A DNA stretch of 64,000 nucleotides, taken from contig JALMLS010000564.1 in assembly GCA_038496445.1 (NCBI GenBank), positions 372,001 through 436,000 of the forward strand, written 5' to 3'. Each line of letters starts with the position of its first letter. Position 1 is the stretch's first letter. The position numbers were made by a program, and so were the translations under genes. The stretch is from Trichosphaerium sp. ATCC 40318. Taxonomy: Eukaryota; Protista; Tubulinea. Of this stretch, positions 1 to 13,126 are shown piece after piece. A model generated the notes under the pieces. It saw only the letters and a program-made list of their open reading frames with translations, searched no databases and was not told where the DNA came from.

Positions 1-286
1 CTAGGTGAAACGTTCATTTCAATGCATTTAACGCTTAAAAAACGAACAGCTACAAAGAACAAAAAACAACCATCCGAAAATCCGAAAGACGAATACCTAC
101 GCCAGCGCCTGATACTAACGGGTAGTTGCAAGAAAAAAACAAGAGTAGCAACAGTTAAAAACCCCTCACGTAAGGTAAGAACGGATAAAGAGAAACGTAG
201 AAAAATAATAAACTGACAAAGCACTGTGCAATCAAAGTACTTCAAAAAGCAAATTATACATAATATAGTTTTATTCGCAAAAGAGA

Positions 287-1613
287 TCAATAGTTGTTGC
301 CATGTCTTCCGCTGTGATGTCTCCTTTTTATGTCGTAGCGTTTATGCCACAGTGTACATTGTTCTTGATTAGCATTCAGTAGCTGTAGCATAAACTTGGA
401 GTCCACCAATACTCCAAGATGAAACCCTTCTCCCTGACGGAAGAAAAAGGGAGCACCAAAGTTTCCAGACGCTACGTGCGCGTCAACAAACTCCTCAAGC
501 AGAACCAAGCTCTCATGTAGAACCTTCAAGGTAATGTTGCGCTTAAACAAAGCAACTTTACCAATACGGAGCATAGTTTCGAAATCCGCCACCAAGAAAC
601 CGCGTCGGTCAACCAGCTCGACAACTGAGTAGTTGACGACAGGCTTTTAAATGACACCATTTATAGCCTCTCTGAGATTTGCTATGGTCTCGTCTTGGTG
701 ATGTAATTTTGTGGCACTTTTGATGCACTAGACAACAAATTAGACCGCATTGGGCATACAAAAAAATGTAACGTGCCGTTATTAAATTGCTCTGTTGGAA
801 CGAAGCATTTCATTGTAAAGGGAACACTCTTTCTGTATTTTTTAGCATGCCAGAACAAAAAGCACTCTTTCGAATTTCCTTTGCGCAGCATTTCCTGTAC
901 CGCCTCTAGAAAAATTTGTGGCGGCACTTGCGAGACAGCAACGATTCTACATTCAAAACCTAAAAATACAAGTTTAGAACAACAAACGTTTTCAAGCTCG
1001 AATGTTGGGCGTACCGACGTTCCAAATAAACAAAGGCCTTCCTTGCCGGTCAGGTGAGATGGTTTGGCAAATATTTGCCTTGGGAGAACTCTTGCTCTCG
1101 CATTTAACGGTTGTGTTTGGAAGTGTAGGATCCTCCATTTCTATTTCACTCTCAAGCGTTGGCGTTGTGAAAGGCCAGTCGAAAACTAAAGAGTCTGTCT
1201 CTGAGATAAAATCCTCATGCCTTAGTGGCATTGTTGGTTGCGCTACCATTGAACCGCTTAGGAGTTAAAGAGTCATAAAACTTTAGTGAAAAAAGAGAAA
1301 GTAAGCCAAACGCTCTAGCCACGCGTAACAAAGGATACCATAGCAGTGACGTTTCGCACGTTGAAAATCCTTCGCGCGAATAGCAAATGCTATTTATTTT
1401 AGTACTGACGCGCTCAAGCTCTTCGAGAAGCGCAAGCTTTTCCTTTCGGATTAGTTGGGTATTTAAAACTGACAGCCTGCTGCACGTCACACTTATCGTA
1501 TGCCTGTTAAAGGATAGAGTAAGCATTTTAGCTAACACTGTAGCTGGTAGCATGTCAACGGTATAGGAGGGCTTAGTAGGAGCTCTCTTTGGCTTTTTTA
1601 CAGGTGAAAACAT
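287..1613 (-). CDS. Multi-exon protein with an N-terminal F-box-like motif, function unknown; first intron is U12-type
   Basis: Starts MFSPVKKPK...DMLPATVLAKMLTL (F-box-like LP motif). ORFs 1215-1613 and 992-1249 join in frame across intron 1257-1338 (TG|C = Cys). Downstream exon phases are not fully resolved. Confidence 0.5.
1257..1338 (-). other. U12-type (minor spliceosome) GT-AG intron
   Basis: Donor GTATCCTTT, branch-like CTCTTTAAC followed by TCCTAAG; removal joins two ORFs in frame. Confidence 0.8.
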
Positions 1614-2211
1614 TATTCAAAGCGTGTAGAGTTGCTTTGAGTCGTTTTCAGTAGAGTTGTAATGAAAAATAGTCTTTGATGTTCCTTGGTAAAATTCCGA
1701 ATTATTCGGTTTTTCAGATCACGTTTTCAAACCGAAAAGGCACCGAAACTGTTCAAAGAGTCGCGAATGCTTTCACACACCATCGATTATAATTAAATGC
1801 GTGACCGTTAGCGCAAATAGCAATAGAAAGTTGCTGGCGTGTAATGTACGATCACTTTTTACGGCCGAAGCAAATGCAAAAAAGGTAAAAAGCGCTATTG
1901 ACGCTATATAATGCTCCAGTATGAATACAAAACGACATTTTAAACGAAATAAAGAAAGAAAAGCTGAAAACGGTACGATCACGTTTTTTGAATCGAACCG
2001 CCTTCTTATCCTACTGTTTCACGCGAAAATGTGCTAACAACGCTCTCTTTCATATAATAGACTGCTGAATGTCCTCTAACTATGCGATAGGAGCTTGACA
2101 CACTTATGCACCTTCTCTCGTAGTTTTTACTGCACGAGAACATTTCTTTGCTCGAATTTTCATACTTGTTAATACCCTTCGTGCAAGTTATCAAATGGAC
2201 TGGGTCAGCGT

Positions 2212-2422
2212 GGTGCACATTGCTCATAACGGACTGTACGTTTTGCAACTGCGTAGATGAAGGCTAAGACGTTTTTAGAGTGTTGTAGATACGCACTTCG
2301 CACGGACAAATTAATGCAACGGTGCACATTGCTCGATATTGGCTGTGCGTTTTGCAATTGCGTAAGCGAAGGGCTAATGACTGTTTAGAAGTATTTTGGA
2401 TACTTTAACGCTTCGCACGGAC
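2212..2422. repeat. Diverged tandem duplication, two ~100-nt copies (2212-2307, 2321-2422)
   Basis: Both copies run GGTGCACATTGCTC...TTTTGCAA.TGCGTA...GAAGG...CTTCGCACGGAC. Confidence 0.85.
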
Positions 2423-2564
2423 TAATTACAAAGTAAAGTCTGATCAAAGCTGTTTCTATTGGTGCGTTGTAGCGTTGGACGAAGTTTGGGGCTGTTTGTC
2501 TAAAACCACTTTTTATTTTTGGATTGTATTTCACTGTTTATAAAGCGACGTGATGACTTCACTA

Positions 2565-2823
2565 GTAAGAATTCCTATCGTAATTAATCTTACCGGAAGG
2601 TTTTGGCCTCTCGTCGACAATTGTCCGAGATGGGCGTCTCTTGATTGCTGTTACCTTCGTTAAGTATTTATCGGGTATCGGAAGAATAAACCCTGAAACA
2701 GCAACATTCTACCTTGACACAGTGGAATGGTATTCGACGGGCGCTGTCAGGTAGGGATCCCCGTAACGCAGGGATTGAGTGGCACCCTATACTGTCGCAC
2801 TGGAATCAGTGAACTATTTTTGG
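2565..2823 (+). ncRNA. Candidate structured non-coding RNA, family unassigned
   Basis: Six consecutive hairpins read directly from the sequence, TTTATAAA at 2537-2544, ATTTTTGG at 2816-2823, a G-U pair favouring the + strand, and no ORF. Confidence 0.5.
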
Positions 2824-3059
2824 ATTTTTCAATATCGATTACTTTAGCTGACTTTTTCAGTAATATGGGCTTCCCAGTTGTATAACAGAAAATAAAGGCG
2901 CTTCGAATACTGTTTTACATCTCTTCTAGCCTTGAGAAATTCAGATTTAAGCGCCAGGGCTTGTAATTGTTGTATCACGCAAGCGATAGGTTGTCTTATT
3001 GATTTTCATTATATTTTATTTTTCGAGAACAAAAAACCTGTACTCTTTCATTAATGTTA

Positions 3060-5056
3060 TTACTTGGCTACGCGTTCAGTGACTTGTGAATTTGCTTTGA
3101 TGAATGTATTCGATACAATTACTGAATTTTGTATTTTGCACCTGAAACAAGTAAGTAAAACCGCACAAGCAATTACAGAGTGCAAAGAGGTAGTTTCCAA
3201 AACTTCGTTTTTGATTTTTCTGTAGTTATTTTTACGTACTTTTCTTCAATTGTAACGTTATTCATTATAACTGAGTTTATAATCTTAACGTTATCACCGA
3301 TGTTACAACCATTTCCAATGCAAGACTTTTTAATACCACATCTACCGCCAATGACAGTATCAGCACCAACGACACAATCAGAACCAACCTAAAATTACAA
3401 ATTAGTACCATGAAACTTTTCAGAATTGTACAATGCTTGACGTACCACTGTTTTTTCGTTTATGTTTGCTGATGCTGCTATAAAGTTCTTTTTACCTACA
3501 GGCTCTCTTGGCTTGTATTCCTTGGCTCCAGAAGCAATCTGAATGTAATTGTTAATGATATTTTTTATGTAAGAAAAAAATAAGAATACGAAGAAGAAGG
3601 GTACCTCTCTGTTGATTGTCAAGTATGAAGGGATACTACTGACACGAACGGAGTATTGGTCTTTTCCCATATCATACATCATACATTTAACAGGATCTTG
3701 TGCTGTGCCTTCAGAGAATTGATAATGAACAGTTCCAGCGTCCAAGCCTAACGCAATTGTTTAAAAAACAAAGTTTTTTGCTTCAATGTTTTTTGTGTTA
3801 TGTGTACCTTCGGTTAATGTCTTTTCATATTGACAACGTAGCATTAAAGGTATAACATCAGTCTTGAGTGTCTTAAGTTTAGAAGATGTCTTGTGTTTCG
3901 CTAACACTGAGAAAACCCAATTTGAGAAAATATAGAAATGTGCATCAACAAAATTAGAATAAAGTGTCATGCGTGGGAACCTAAAGGACGTCAGTCAAAA
4001 AATAAAATTCTAAAAAGTTAGCAAAAAACCCAGCAAAAGGTTTACAACGATCTCTTGGGCGATCCGGCTGGACATTCTTTTCAAAAGGCTTCGTACGATT
4101 TGAGTAATTTTTTCTCAATGGCAAACTCTTCATCTTCTTTTGCTGAGTACTCTTGCAGATACAAAAGTTGATTTCCTTTACCGACACCAAGTAGATTTGC
4201 TGGTGTTTTACGCGATATTTTGAATGGTTTGCCTGTTGGATCCGGCTATACGAAGAAGTATTAGAAACAGAGAATTGTGATTTGAGACACTATTAAACTT
4301 GTTTTTATGTCAGCTAGCATTCTTGTAATAAACCTCGTTTCTAGCAAGTATACATGCGTGTCATGCGTTGTATGATGTTTTTAACGTTGGTTTTACGTTC
4401 GTATTTTTTTTTTAATGCGTACCTGTCTCTCACGAACCAAAATGGTTAGTTTTGAGTTCTCCGAACGATGTACATCAAGCATATGTTGTAAGAATTTTGT
4501 AGATAGGATGCAGTCACCTCTTGTAACAATAACGTCGCGCTAAAGGCAGTTCGTAAGCTGGTAGCGTCAGTAAGGTCATATAGTACTTTAATAGAATCTT
4601 TGACATGGAGTAATGCTTCAACTTCAGTGGCGTTATCTGGTACCACCTCAACGCGTATATTTATATGTTTTGGTTGTGCATGGTAGAGTTTGAGATACTC
4701 TTCCATTGCAGTAGCGTGTTTTTTCTCGATAATAACAATCGCATCTAGTTGAGAGTTAGACAGCTCGTTTTGAAGCGATTTAAGTAAATTCTGTACCGCC
4801 AAAGCCTACTGTTTGCAAAAATTCAAACTGATACGAAATAAGTGGCCTATTGCCTACTGGCATCAATACTGAAGGGACATCCTCTCTAACAGAGTAAGCA
4901 GAATAACTGTAACGCTGTAAACGCCTCAATTCCCTTATTTACGCCTTTCGTGCGTTTATTGAAAGCGTTTCAGGCAAAAGAATTAAAAAAAACGTACGAT
5001 ACAGCTAAATTGCTGCCTGTATGCTGTGTGGCGAGTAAAATGAGCGAAAACTCCAT
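3060..5056 (-). CDS. EIF2B3: Translation initiation factor eIF2B gamma subunit
   Basis: N-terminus MEFSLILLA...VLMPVGNRPLISYQF (nucleotidyltransferase-like), SYLTINRE, and C-terminal hexapeptide LbH repeats (VGSDCVVGADTVIGGRCGIKKSCIGNGCNIGDNVKIINSVIM); multi-exon. Confidence 0.85.
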
Positions 5057-5444
5057 TGTGAGTGTCAAACAAACCAGAAAACTAATAAAACCAAGCACTT
5101 AACTATCCTAAGTCATTGGTCCCGACTGCAACACCCGTCGTGATTTATGCGTAACCACTAACGCACCTTGCGTTTTACAAGGCAGAATGTCACTCAAGTA
5201 CAATGAAAATGTCAGAATTAAAAAAATTCAGAAACTCGATCCTTGGGCTCGTTCAAAATTAGTTTATAATCAACCTCCTACATTCTGCATTGTGCTTTTA
5301 CAAACCCTGAGAAGGTCGTTTTTGAATTAGCAATACAACAATGATCAATAATGTGACATGTTTGTAATGTAAAATAATTTTTTTAAACTAATGCGATAAT
5401 GCTCCTGTTTATAAGTATGGTACATTGGAGTTTGTAAAAGTAAA

Positions 5445-6135
5445 TTATAGGATGATACAGCATCTATTAAGCCTATCAGCGTTATTTACAAACGCTTTGG
5501 ATTGAAATGACAGATCGTCGCTACGTTGTGCCAAATCCTCGAGTTGTTCGCCTACATATGCGATTAGAGTGCGTATGGAACATTATCAGTATTTTTTTTC
5601 TCAAAAAAATGAGGAGGGTGTCTTTGTTTATGAAAGTACCTCTGTCTAGTAAATCGTCCATGCTCTTTACGAGGATTTCTTTAGTTTGATCGAGGTTTTG
5701 TTTGATTTTGATTATTTTGTCTACTTCCTCCGGCTTTTGAAATTTTACCAACAGTTGTTGGGCGCCGTCTACTTGTAGTTCCAAATCCTTGGTGGTGTCT
5801 TGCCATTGTGATGGAGTGTACTGTTTGTTAAATTGCTCCATTACTTGGTTGATAAAGTCCCAAACAACTCTTCCAGGGAATTCCTCGTCGGCTAGAGCAG
5901 CAACAGCCAAATTACTCTCATTTATCCTTACATAGCATTGATACTCCTTGTATTTAACGATTTGCATCCCTGGTGATGACCTGGTAACCACTTCTCGCGC
6001 TGCAAAGCGGCATACTTCCCTTACACCTGATCTTTGGAAAAACCCAAAACTACTAAGCTCGTAGTACGCACTAAGCACCATAGGTGGCTGTCCTTTGCCT
6101 ACGTAACGGAATATTAATACAGAAACAATCTTCAT
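5445..6135 (-). CDS. YKT6: Longin R-SNARE Ykt6
   Basis: ELSSFGFFQRSGVRE longin motif, SNARE motif LLDRG|EQLEDLAQRSDDLSFQSKAF across one intron, C-terminal CCIIL prenylation motif. Confidence 0.95.
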
Positions 6136-6290
6136 GTCGGGTAGTTGATTTGTAACTTTTTTTGAGCGAAACTTAACTTTATTACAATTAAGCCACGTAA
6201 ATACGCCTTTTACAAAGCTGCACGCCTTCTTTTTTTGGGTTTGGATAGTATGGTGTTTTTTGTTTATTTTGTACAGTTTTTTTTTGTTAA

Positions 6291-9200
6291 TCATTGCATC
6301 ACCTCTCCCATTATATTGCTATAACATTGCTCAAGTTCACTTGTGTAAGCACTAAACGAGGCAGCTGCGCCTTCAGGCGCAGACTGTAACGCTTCAAAAT
6401 GTCGTGTAATGACCCTTACAGAAACAAGTAAGAAATAGTTGAAACGTCAAACGAACAAAAAAGAACATAAAAAAATCGTACCCAGGACAACGTGAAATTA
6501 CTTTTGAAAAGTGACCAAAAACGGGGTTACAGAGAAGATTTGGGTTTGATCGTCTGTATAAATTCGCATGTGCAAGGAAAATAAACATTGCATTCTCTAC
6601 AACGTTCAACACAACAACTGATTGTACAATGCCTAAACAAAGAAATTTGTCTTAGTTTTTTTGTTCAAATTTTTTATGAACAAACAAGTCTTACCTGCGT
6701 TTTGGGATGGAAGGCGCTCTAAGTGTGTTGTTGCTATTTCTATAGCACGACAAAGATAACCTAATTTTGGTTCTGATGGTTTACCGTCCTCTTCAAAAGG
6801 TAGGAAAAAAGTGAGGGCTTCTTGTTTCATCAACATCACTCTAACAAAAAAAGTTAATCACTAAACCTCTTTATATTAAATTTATGCAATACGTACTGTA
6901 TTGCTCGTAACGTTGAAAGACATGCGCCAAGTGCCATATTAAGGTGGTCATGTGTACTCCTTTCTTCTTCTGTGAACTGTACGAAACCATCAATCTCGTC
7001 AGGTGTTTGCGATTCTAAACACATGGGCAGTTAGTAAAAAAACTTTTTTATAGTTCCCATACTTTGCTCTGTGGAAAGCCAATCAACCAGTTGACATATC
7101 AGCACGGATGTTCTAGCAGCCATTTCTCTGCTATCAATAAATTCTGTCAACATGTACATGAGTTGTACAGTGTAGCATATCTAATACAAAAACAGTTAGT
7201 CAGGTAGGTACAACTTTGCTTATTTGTTTAATAACCTCCTTAGCTCTGGCTTCCTTGCTGAGATTCTTTGCGCCTTGTTTATGAGCTTCAACGTTCATTG
7301 CCATATCAACTCGTGGGTAATATAATGTGAGCACTTGTATCAACACACGAACGTATTTCTATTATTGAAGAAAAAGGTTAGCAAAAAAAAGTAGTCGCGA
7401 GGTTGCTTACTTTGCTACTAAACATAGATCTTCCCATCTGTGTCAATACCAATAGTACACCGCACCACACCTTATGCCAAGAATCTTTACCGTTACCGTC
7501 ATCGTCATTACCACGTGAAAGATTATTACTACAACGAGTGTTAAGAGTAAATACGGAAAAAAAAAGCCTAATGTACTTTACAAATCTGGCAAAACTTGGG
7601 ACAGCAAGAGTCGGTATAAGCGACATGCCCGATAGGCACTCAGCCAAAACTCTTGAGCGTGCAAGTCCAAGAACGAGGTTCAGTATTGTAGCAGTGGCAC
7701 GAGGATCCGTCCTATTAGCGAGTCAATAAGGAAGGAAATTGTAATGTATTCAGTACCGATGCTGTAGATTTGAACGAAGTACATTGATTAGTTTACTAAG
7801 GACATCATTCTTGTTAATATAAACAATGATCTCTCTAGGGTCTGGATAATCTCTTGAAACAACAAGAATAAGAGCAAGTGCTGTATCACGCATGCTAGGT
7901 TCAGATATGAAATCCATGGCAGAAGGTAGAATATGAAGAACACGCTAGAAAAAGAAGTTAAATAACAATTTAACCAAACATTGTTGAAGAGGCACTCCGT
8001 TTGTCATCCCACATGAAGTCCCATGGTGTGAGGAATCAACATGTCATTTTCTTGGGTGAGGCTTTAAGTAGAATTGTGAAGACGTACTTGGAACATTCGC
8101 ATAGAATTCAACTCTGTTGAGTTGAGTTTTGTTTTTGTAAGGTATCCCAGCAGAGAAAGAATGATAGATAGCAAAGATGATCCCAAAAGAGGTGCTCTTT
8201 TTGTTTCATCTGATAGAACAACCGAAAGAACATCTGTAATAATAGGGATGATATTTTCACAAAACGTCTAAGTGAAAGTCAACATGTTTTAAGTTCCGTT
8301 TTTTGACGATTTTTCTCTCGAAAAATCTTATGTCCACGAAAGACCGTACCAGAGATTTTTGAATGAGTACAAGATCCTTCTTAGTATCTTGGCTTTGACG
8401 CCATCTTAACGTTATAGCGAATGCAGCATCGGCTATAAGGGCGTAGAAATTATAAACTTTTGGCACTGTCACGTGTGACAATTTTGATTTCAAGCGTGTT
8501 GCAAGAAACAACAAAGTCTCTTCATTCCAATCCTGTGTACTTATGGTTACCTTAGCCATGACGACCTAATAAAATAACGTAAATAATAAACTCACAGGTG
8601 AAGAAGAGGAAAACAATTACGCACGCGAAAAAATTCAGACCAAGCTTTAGCAGCATTCGTTTGAGCGTCACAAAGTGAAGCATTGGCATTTACTCGATAA
8701 AGTGCAAGCATAAAATTATATTGCTCATTTCCATTTGACTCGTGTTTCAATACTGCCAGTTGCTGTAGAGGAAACGCCACAGGTGATACCTCAACAGTAC
8801 GCACCTTTTTCAAAGAGAGTAAGTTTCAAGAGCAAGTCAAACAGTCAAATGATTTCGTACTGATTTCAGTTTAAGTGCGAGCAAACGTTTGGTGATTATA
8901 CTAGAATCATAGGCATAGTTAGTTCCATATGACACTTGTCCAAGCATCTCTACTGTTTCTGGCTTAACACCAAGATAATTCAATGCTTTTGTAACTGTAA
9001 CATGAGCTTCACTGTGGTAATTGCAAATGGAGTAATTACTACGAATAGATTGACTCGATAGTATTTTCAAAATTTGCTGTGACAGCTCCGATTCAATCAT
9101 TTCGTTGTTGTGTACCTCATGCGTAAATATAACAAGCGCATGAGCACGTGCATCAAGTCGATAACAAGCTTAATGAAAAGTTAATTATGCATCAAATGGA

Positions 9201-12200
9201 AGACTATCATACCTGTTGTTCTATCCAATTTGAAGTTTGGAAATGTCTCCAACAGCTGTAATAAGCTATTCCAAAATTCTTTATCATCTTTACATATAGT
9301 GGCGAAGGCAGAATATCGTTTTTCAGCCCAAAGGACAGATAAGAATCTTAGTGCTTCAGCAAACAAATGTGGATCGCTATTAAAAATAAGCAAAAAACAT
9401 ATTGATTAAAACATGTGACATACACTTGTTTTTCATTGAGTTTAGCTATACTGACTGCCGATTTGACAACGCGATTATCTGGATCAACCAAAAACCATGT
9501 AGCAATAGAAGGCTAGGCGTAATGAATAAGTAAAAGAAAGCAAAATCAATATTAAAAATCTCTTTACCTGTGAAGTCAGACTCTCCGTTATAAGCCTCAG
9601 AATATTGACACGGACTCCAGGCATGTCACTAGGGTTACGTAACCTATCGATCATTGTAGCCCTAAATACGCTAGCATCTGCCTTATTCAGGTATGATAGA
9701 AGCTTTGGCCGTCTGTCACCGTTTTGTTGTATCCTACACAAAAGAACCAAAACGCGACAAGCAATAATAGGAAAACCCTAAAAGAAAACGTGAATAACAA
9801 AAAGAACGGACAGAACAAATTGTGGCTAATACGTACTGGATTAGATGGTATCATGACGTAGGAGAATATAGTAGATACGAGGTTAGCAACTCCGTTTCCG
9901 AATTCTCTGCCAAGAAGTGCATTTTCGAGGGAAGATATCATCCTTGGATCTTTTAACAGCAACACACGTTCAAGAACAAGAAATCCACGCAAGATTAGAT
10001 TCTCAAATGCTTCTGTGGTTAGTGTCCTCTTGCGACCTAGGCTAGCAAATGTCTTTACACCAATGCCAATAACACTAAGCAAGTTGTAGTGGAAACTACT
10101 GTCATGGAGTAGAGAATTCAACAAGGAATCCTTAACCGTAGAACTGAGTAAAAATGTTAGGGTAGAAGTATGATTCTGTGCGTACTGGTCTTGTAGGACA
10201 TTATGGAAAATAGCTAGTACTTTGCTACCAATCTCCCATTGTGTTCGAACATGGTTGTATTTCCAGCTACGGTACACAGCAAAAACTTGTGTTTTTACGT
10301 ATGTAAGAAGTGGTAAGAACTCAGCTGCGTTCCTAGGATCCAAAGGACGGCTAAGATCCCAAGAAAGTTGATGGGTTAACATAGTATCAAGAAGGTCTAG
10401 AGTTGCAATAGTGCACGGGTAATCACCCATAGCATACTCCATACGGAAGAGTTGAGGAGAACTACGGGAAATCGTTAGTAATTCTACCAGAAAACAAAAA
10501 AGAAGAACAAAAGAAGATAAGAACGTACTGTTGTATTGGATTGTTCTCCCGTAGAAAGTTCCAAACAGCATAAGGCTCAATATTAGCGAATGCTTTGATA
10601 CATACTAAGCTCTGTGCAAGTACTGGCATAATAACAGCGATACGATTTCTTGAAATCTGCGCTATTTGGAAAAAACTAAAGATAGTATAAAGAAGCATAT
10701 TCTGTTGAAAACCATCTCTAGCCATAAGTAACCATGCACCAGCTTGAGGAGAAAACTTTACAATCTGAGTTATGAATATTAAAATCTGCTCAATGATGCC
10801 AACACCATCACACTCTTCGTCATGTATATTAATTGAAAAGACTCTCAGTCTATTCATAATAACTGACCATCCAGAATAAAGGGTACTGAATTTAATATAA
10901 GCTGTAGGAGTGTCGGCTTTTAGTGCTTGTCCTAAAATCTCTCCAAAAACACCTCGTTTTAAAACAACACTATCAACCTCAAAATCTTGAGTAAGTACTA
11001 TCTTGCTCTTCCCATGATCTTTATAACGTCCTTCTAAGTCTCTAGCAGTGATCATAACTGAAATATAACGCATATGGTGAAACCATTTAAGACTAAAAAA
11101 GAAGAGTCGCATTAGAAGTAGGTTAACAAAAAAAAGATGGAAAAAAAATTTTAAGCTTGAGATTTACCAAAAGGTGCTTGCACGTCACGTGATTTCATGA
11201 AATTAAAAAGTCACCGTGGCCAAAAAAATGAAAAAAGAAAAATAAACGACTACAATCTTAGTGACGTACGCCATAGATGCTGAGTCCTCAGAACAAACCA
11301 AAGCACCCAAAAAAGGTATGATGTGAAAATTTTCAGGAAAATGTCCTTCCAAAAATTCAACTAATCTATCTGGTGGTGTTATAAAGTTAGCAGTAGCGCT
11401 AAAAAATCCCCAGAAGAGAATACTTAAATGTTGTTGATCTTGATAAATTAATTGAACAATAGCAGCAATCTTAAAACCTCTCTCTTTGTTATCCACATCA
11501 AACGGGTAGCATAAGACTATACTGTCCATAAGTGTCTTAAGAATAACTGAATAGATGAATATATTCTCATCTCCTATTATCTGCTTTGTCTCTTCAACAA
11601 GTACGAGCAGGTAATCAAAACCTTCGTATTGTTCATCTGACCTTACAAGAAGATCATTTGCTACTTGTTTGTACTCTATTTTCAGATGAGGCTCCTTATC
11701 CTTTAAAAGGTTTTTAGTTTTGATCAAATCTATTAAATATAGTGCAGACGCAAAAGCAACCGTAACTAAGAAAAAAAATCAGGGCAAAGTACGATAGGGT
11801 CAACAAAAAAAAATCAGCTTTTTTTGGCCCGAAATGGAAGACGTACGTGGGCCAGTACTTAGTCCTTGTTCTTCGAAAGCCTCTATCTTTGGGTGAACTT
11901 TATCAAGAGCAGGCTGAGAATAAATCTCTAAATCGTCAGCCTCCCTTGTTCCGTTAGCAATCAACAAGAGGTCGTTCAACTGAAATCCTTCAACGAATAT
12001 GAGAGTAACAAGCATTTCAATGTGTCTCACAATATCAACGCCAACATGAGGAGCCAAAACCTCGTACTGCATATTACAGAACTGAGAGGCTTCAATAACG
12101 TCAAAGAAGCGTAATAGGTGAGCATTAGAGCAAGGGTAGCTGTAAAAGACTTGTGTCAAGATTTCCAAGATGCCAAGTTGTTCATCTAGTACTCTTCCTG

Positions 12201-12904
12201 CCCAACGCGTTATATGGTGCTTCTGGGGTTCTTCTTTAATGAGAGATTCAAGTGTTGTTAAAAGTCCATCTACAAAAGTACTGTCTGTTGTTAAACTGTC
12301 TGCTAACGCGTTGAATGGTGCAAAGTATGGATGATCCCTGTTTTTAGCTAAAACAGGCGTTATTTGAGTGGTTTTTAAAGCCAATATGTCAAACAAAAAT
12401 TTGGAAAGTTTTGCGTGCCATTTCTGAATATGAGTGTTAATATTTGTAATAGAGAAGAGCGCTCAAGATAATAGAACAAGATAAGCTCGTCTAGCTGAAA
12501 TTCCGTGCGGGTACTGACGATAGAAGAGATTACCATCTCGAAGCTCTGTAGCGCGTCTAGATCAACCATGGAGCATAATTCTACCACAAGGCCTTTCGCC
12601 TCTGGGCCCAGAGTGTCATAGGTGTACTTGTTGCCGTTCCAATCCAATGGCGTCGATGCGAGTTTTCCTTGTTGCTCAGGCGTGTTTTTACGATAGTACG
12701 AGAGATTAGCGGCTAGTTGCGCCTTTTTATCTTGTAGTATTTTATCCTTTGAAAAAGTAAATGCCCTTGCCCGCCAAAAATGAATTAGCGTACCACATCC
12801 TCAGCTGTACATTCTTTAGGCACTGGATTATCGAGTGTATCAAAAAGTATGCGATTTGTTTGACCATACGTGCTCTTACGCTCTGTACTCGTATTGGTGG
12901 CCAT
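6291..12904 (-). CDS. NUP188: Nucleoporin Nup188 (large alpha-solenoid), many exons
   Basis: Segments FYYLERSSLLQIL, EYAMGDYPCTIATLDLL and VFAVYRSWKYNHVRTQWEIG resemble Nup188 conserved blocks; ~6.6 kb of helical exons. Confidence 0.75.
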
Positions 12905-13126
12905 CTTGTGGCACTTTACGGTGACATAAACAAAATTAGCGTACCAAAACAGTCAAATGCTGTCAAAGTCGTTTGTATGCTTACAAACAGTACTATAACA
13001 TACGCCAATAAAGTTACAAAATGTTCAAAACGCGCATAATGAAGCTGTTGGGATTTTTTTCGCAAAATGTTTGAGGATGTAACCGCCTGCTTTAAAACGT
13101 TATGGCATAAGCGTAATGGTTGTATA

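Noticed and set aside
647-649. In-frame TAA (minus strand) followed by ~119 open codons, suggesting readthrough or TAA recoding
   Set aside because: It lies inside a plausible 33-nt GT-AG intron (GTGTCATTTAAAAG...CTACTCAG) whose removal keeps the frame. TAA also clearly terminates YKT6, PFDN3 and others.
3095-3147. TGATGA...CTGA...CTGA pattern resembling a C/D snoRNA
   Set aside because: It is the antisense of the last eIF2B-gamma exon (KCKIQNSVIVSNTFIK), and no guide target was recognised.
3624-3636. GTATCCCTT in the eIF2B-gamma sense strand
   Set aside because: It is within a continuous conserved exon (VSSIPSYLTINRE); no intron is needed.
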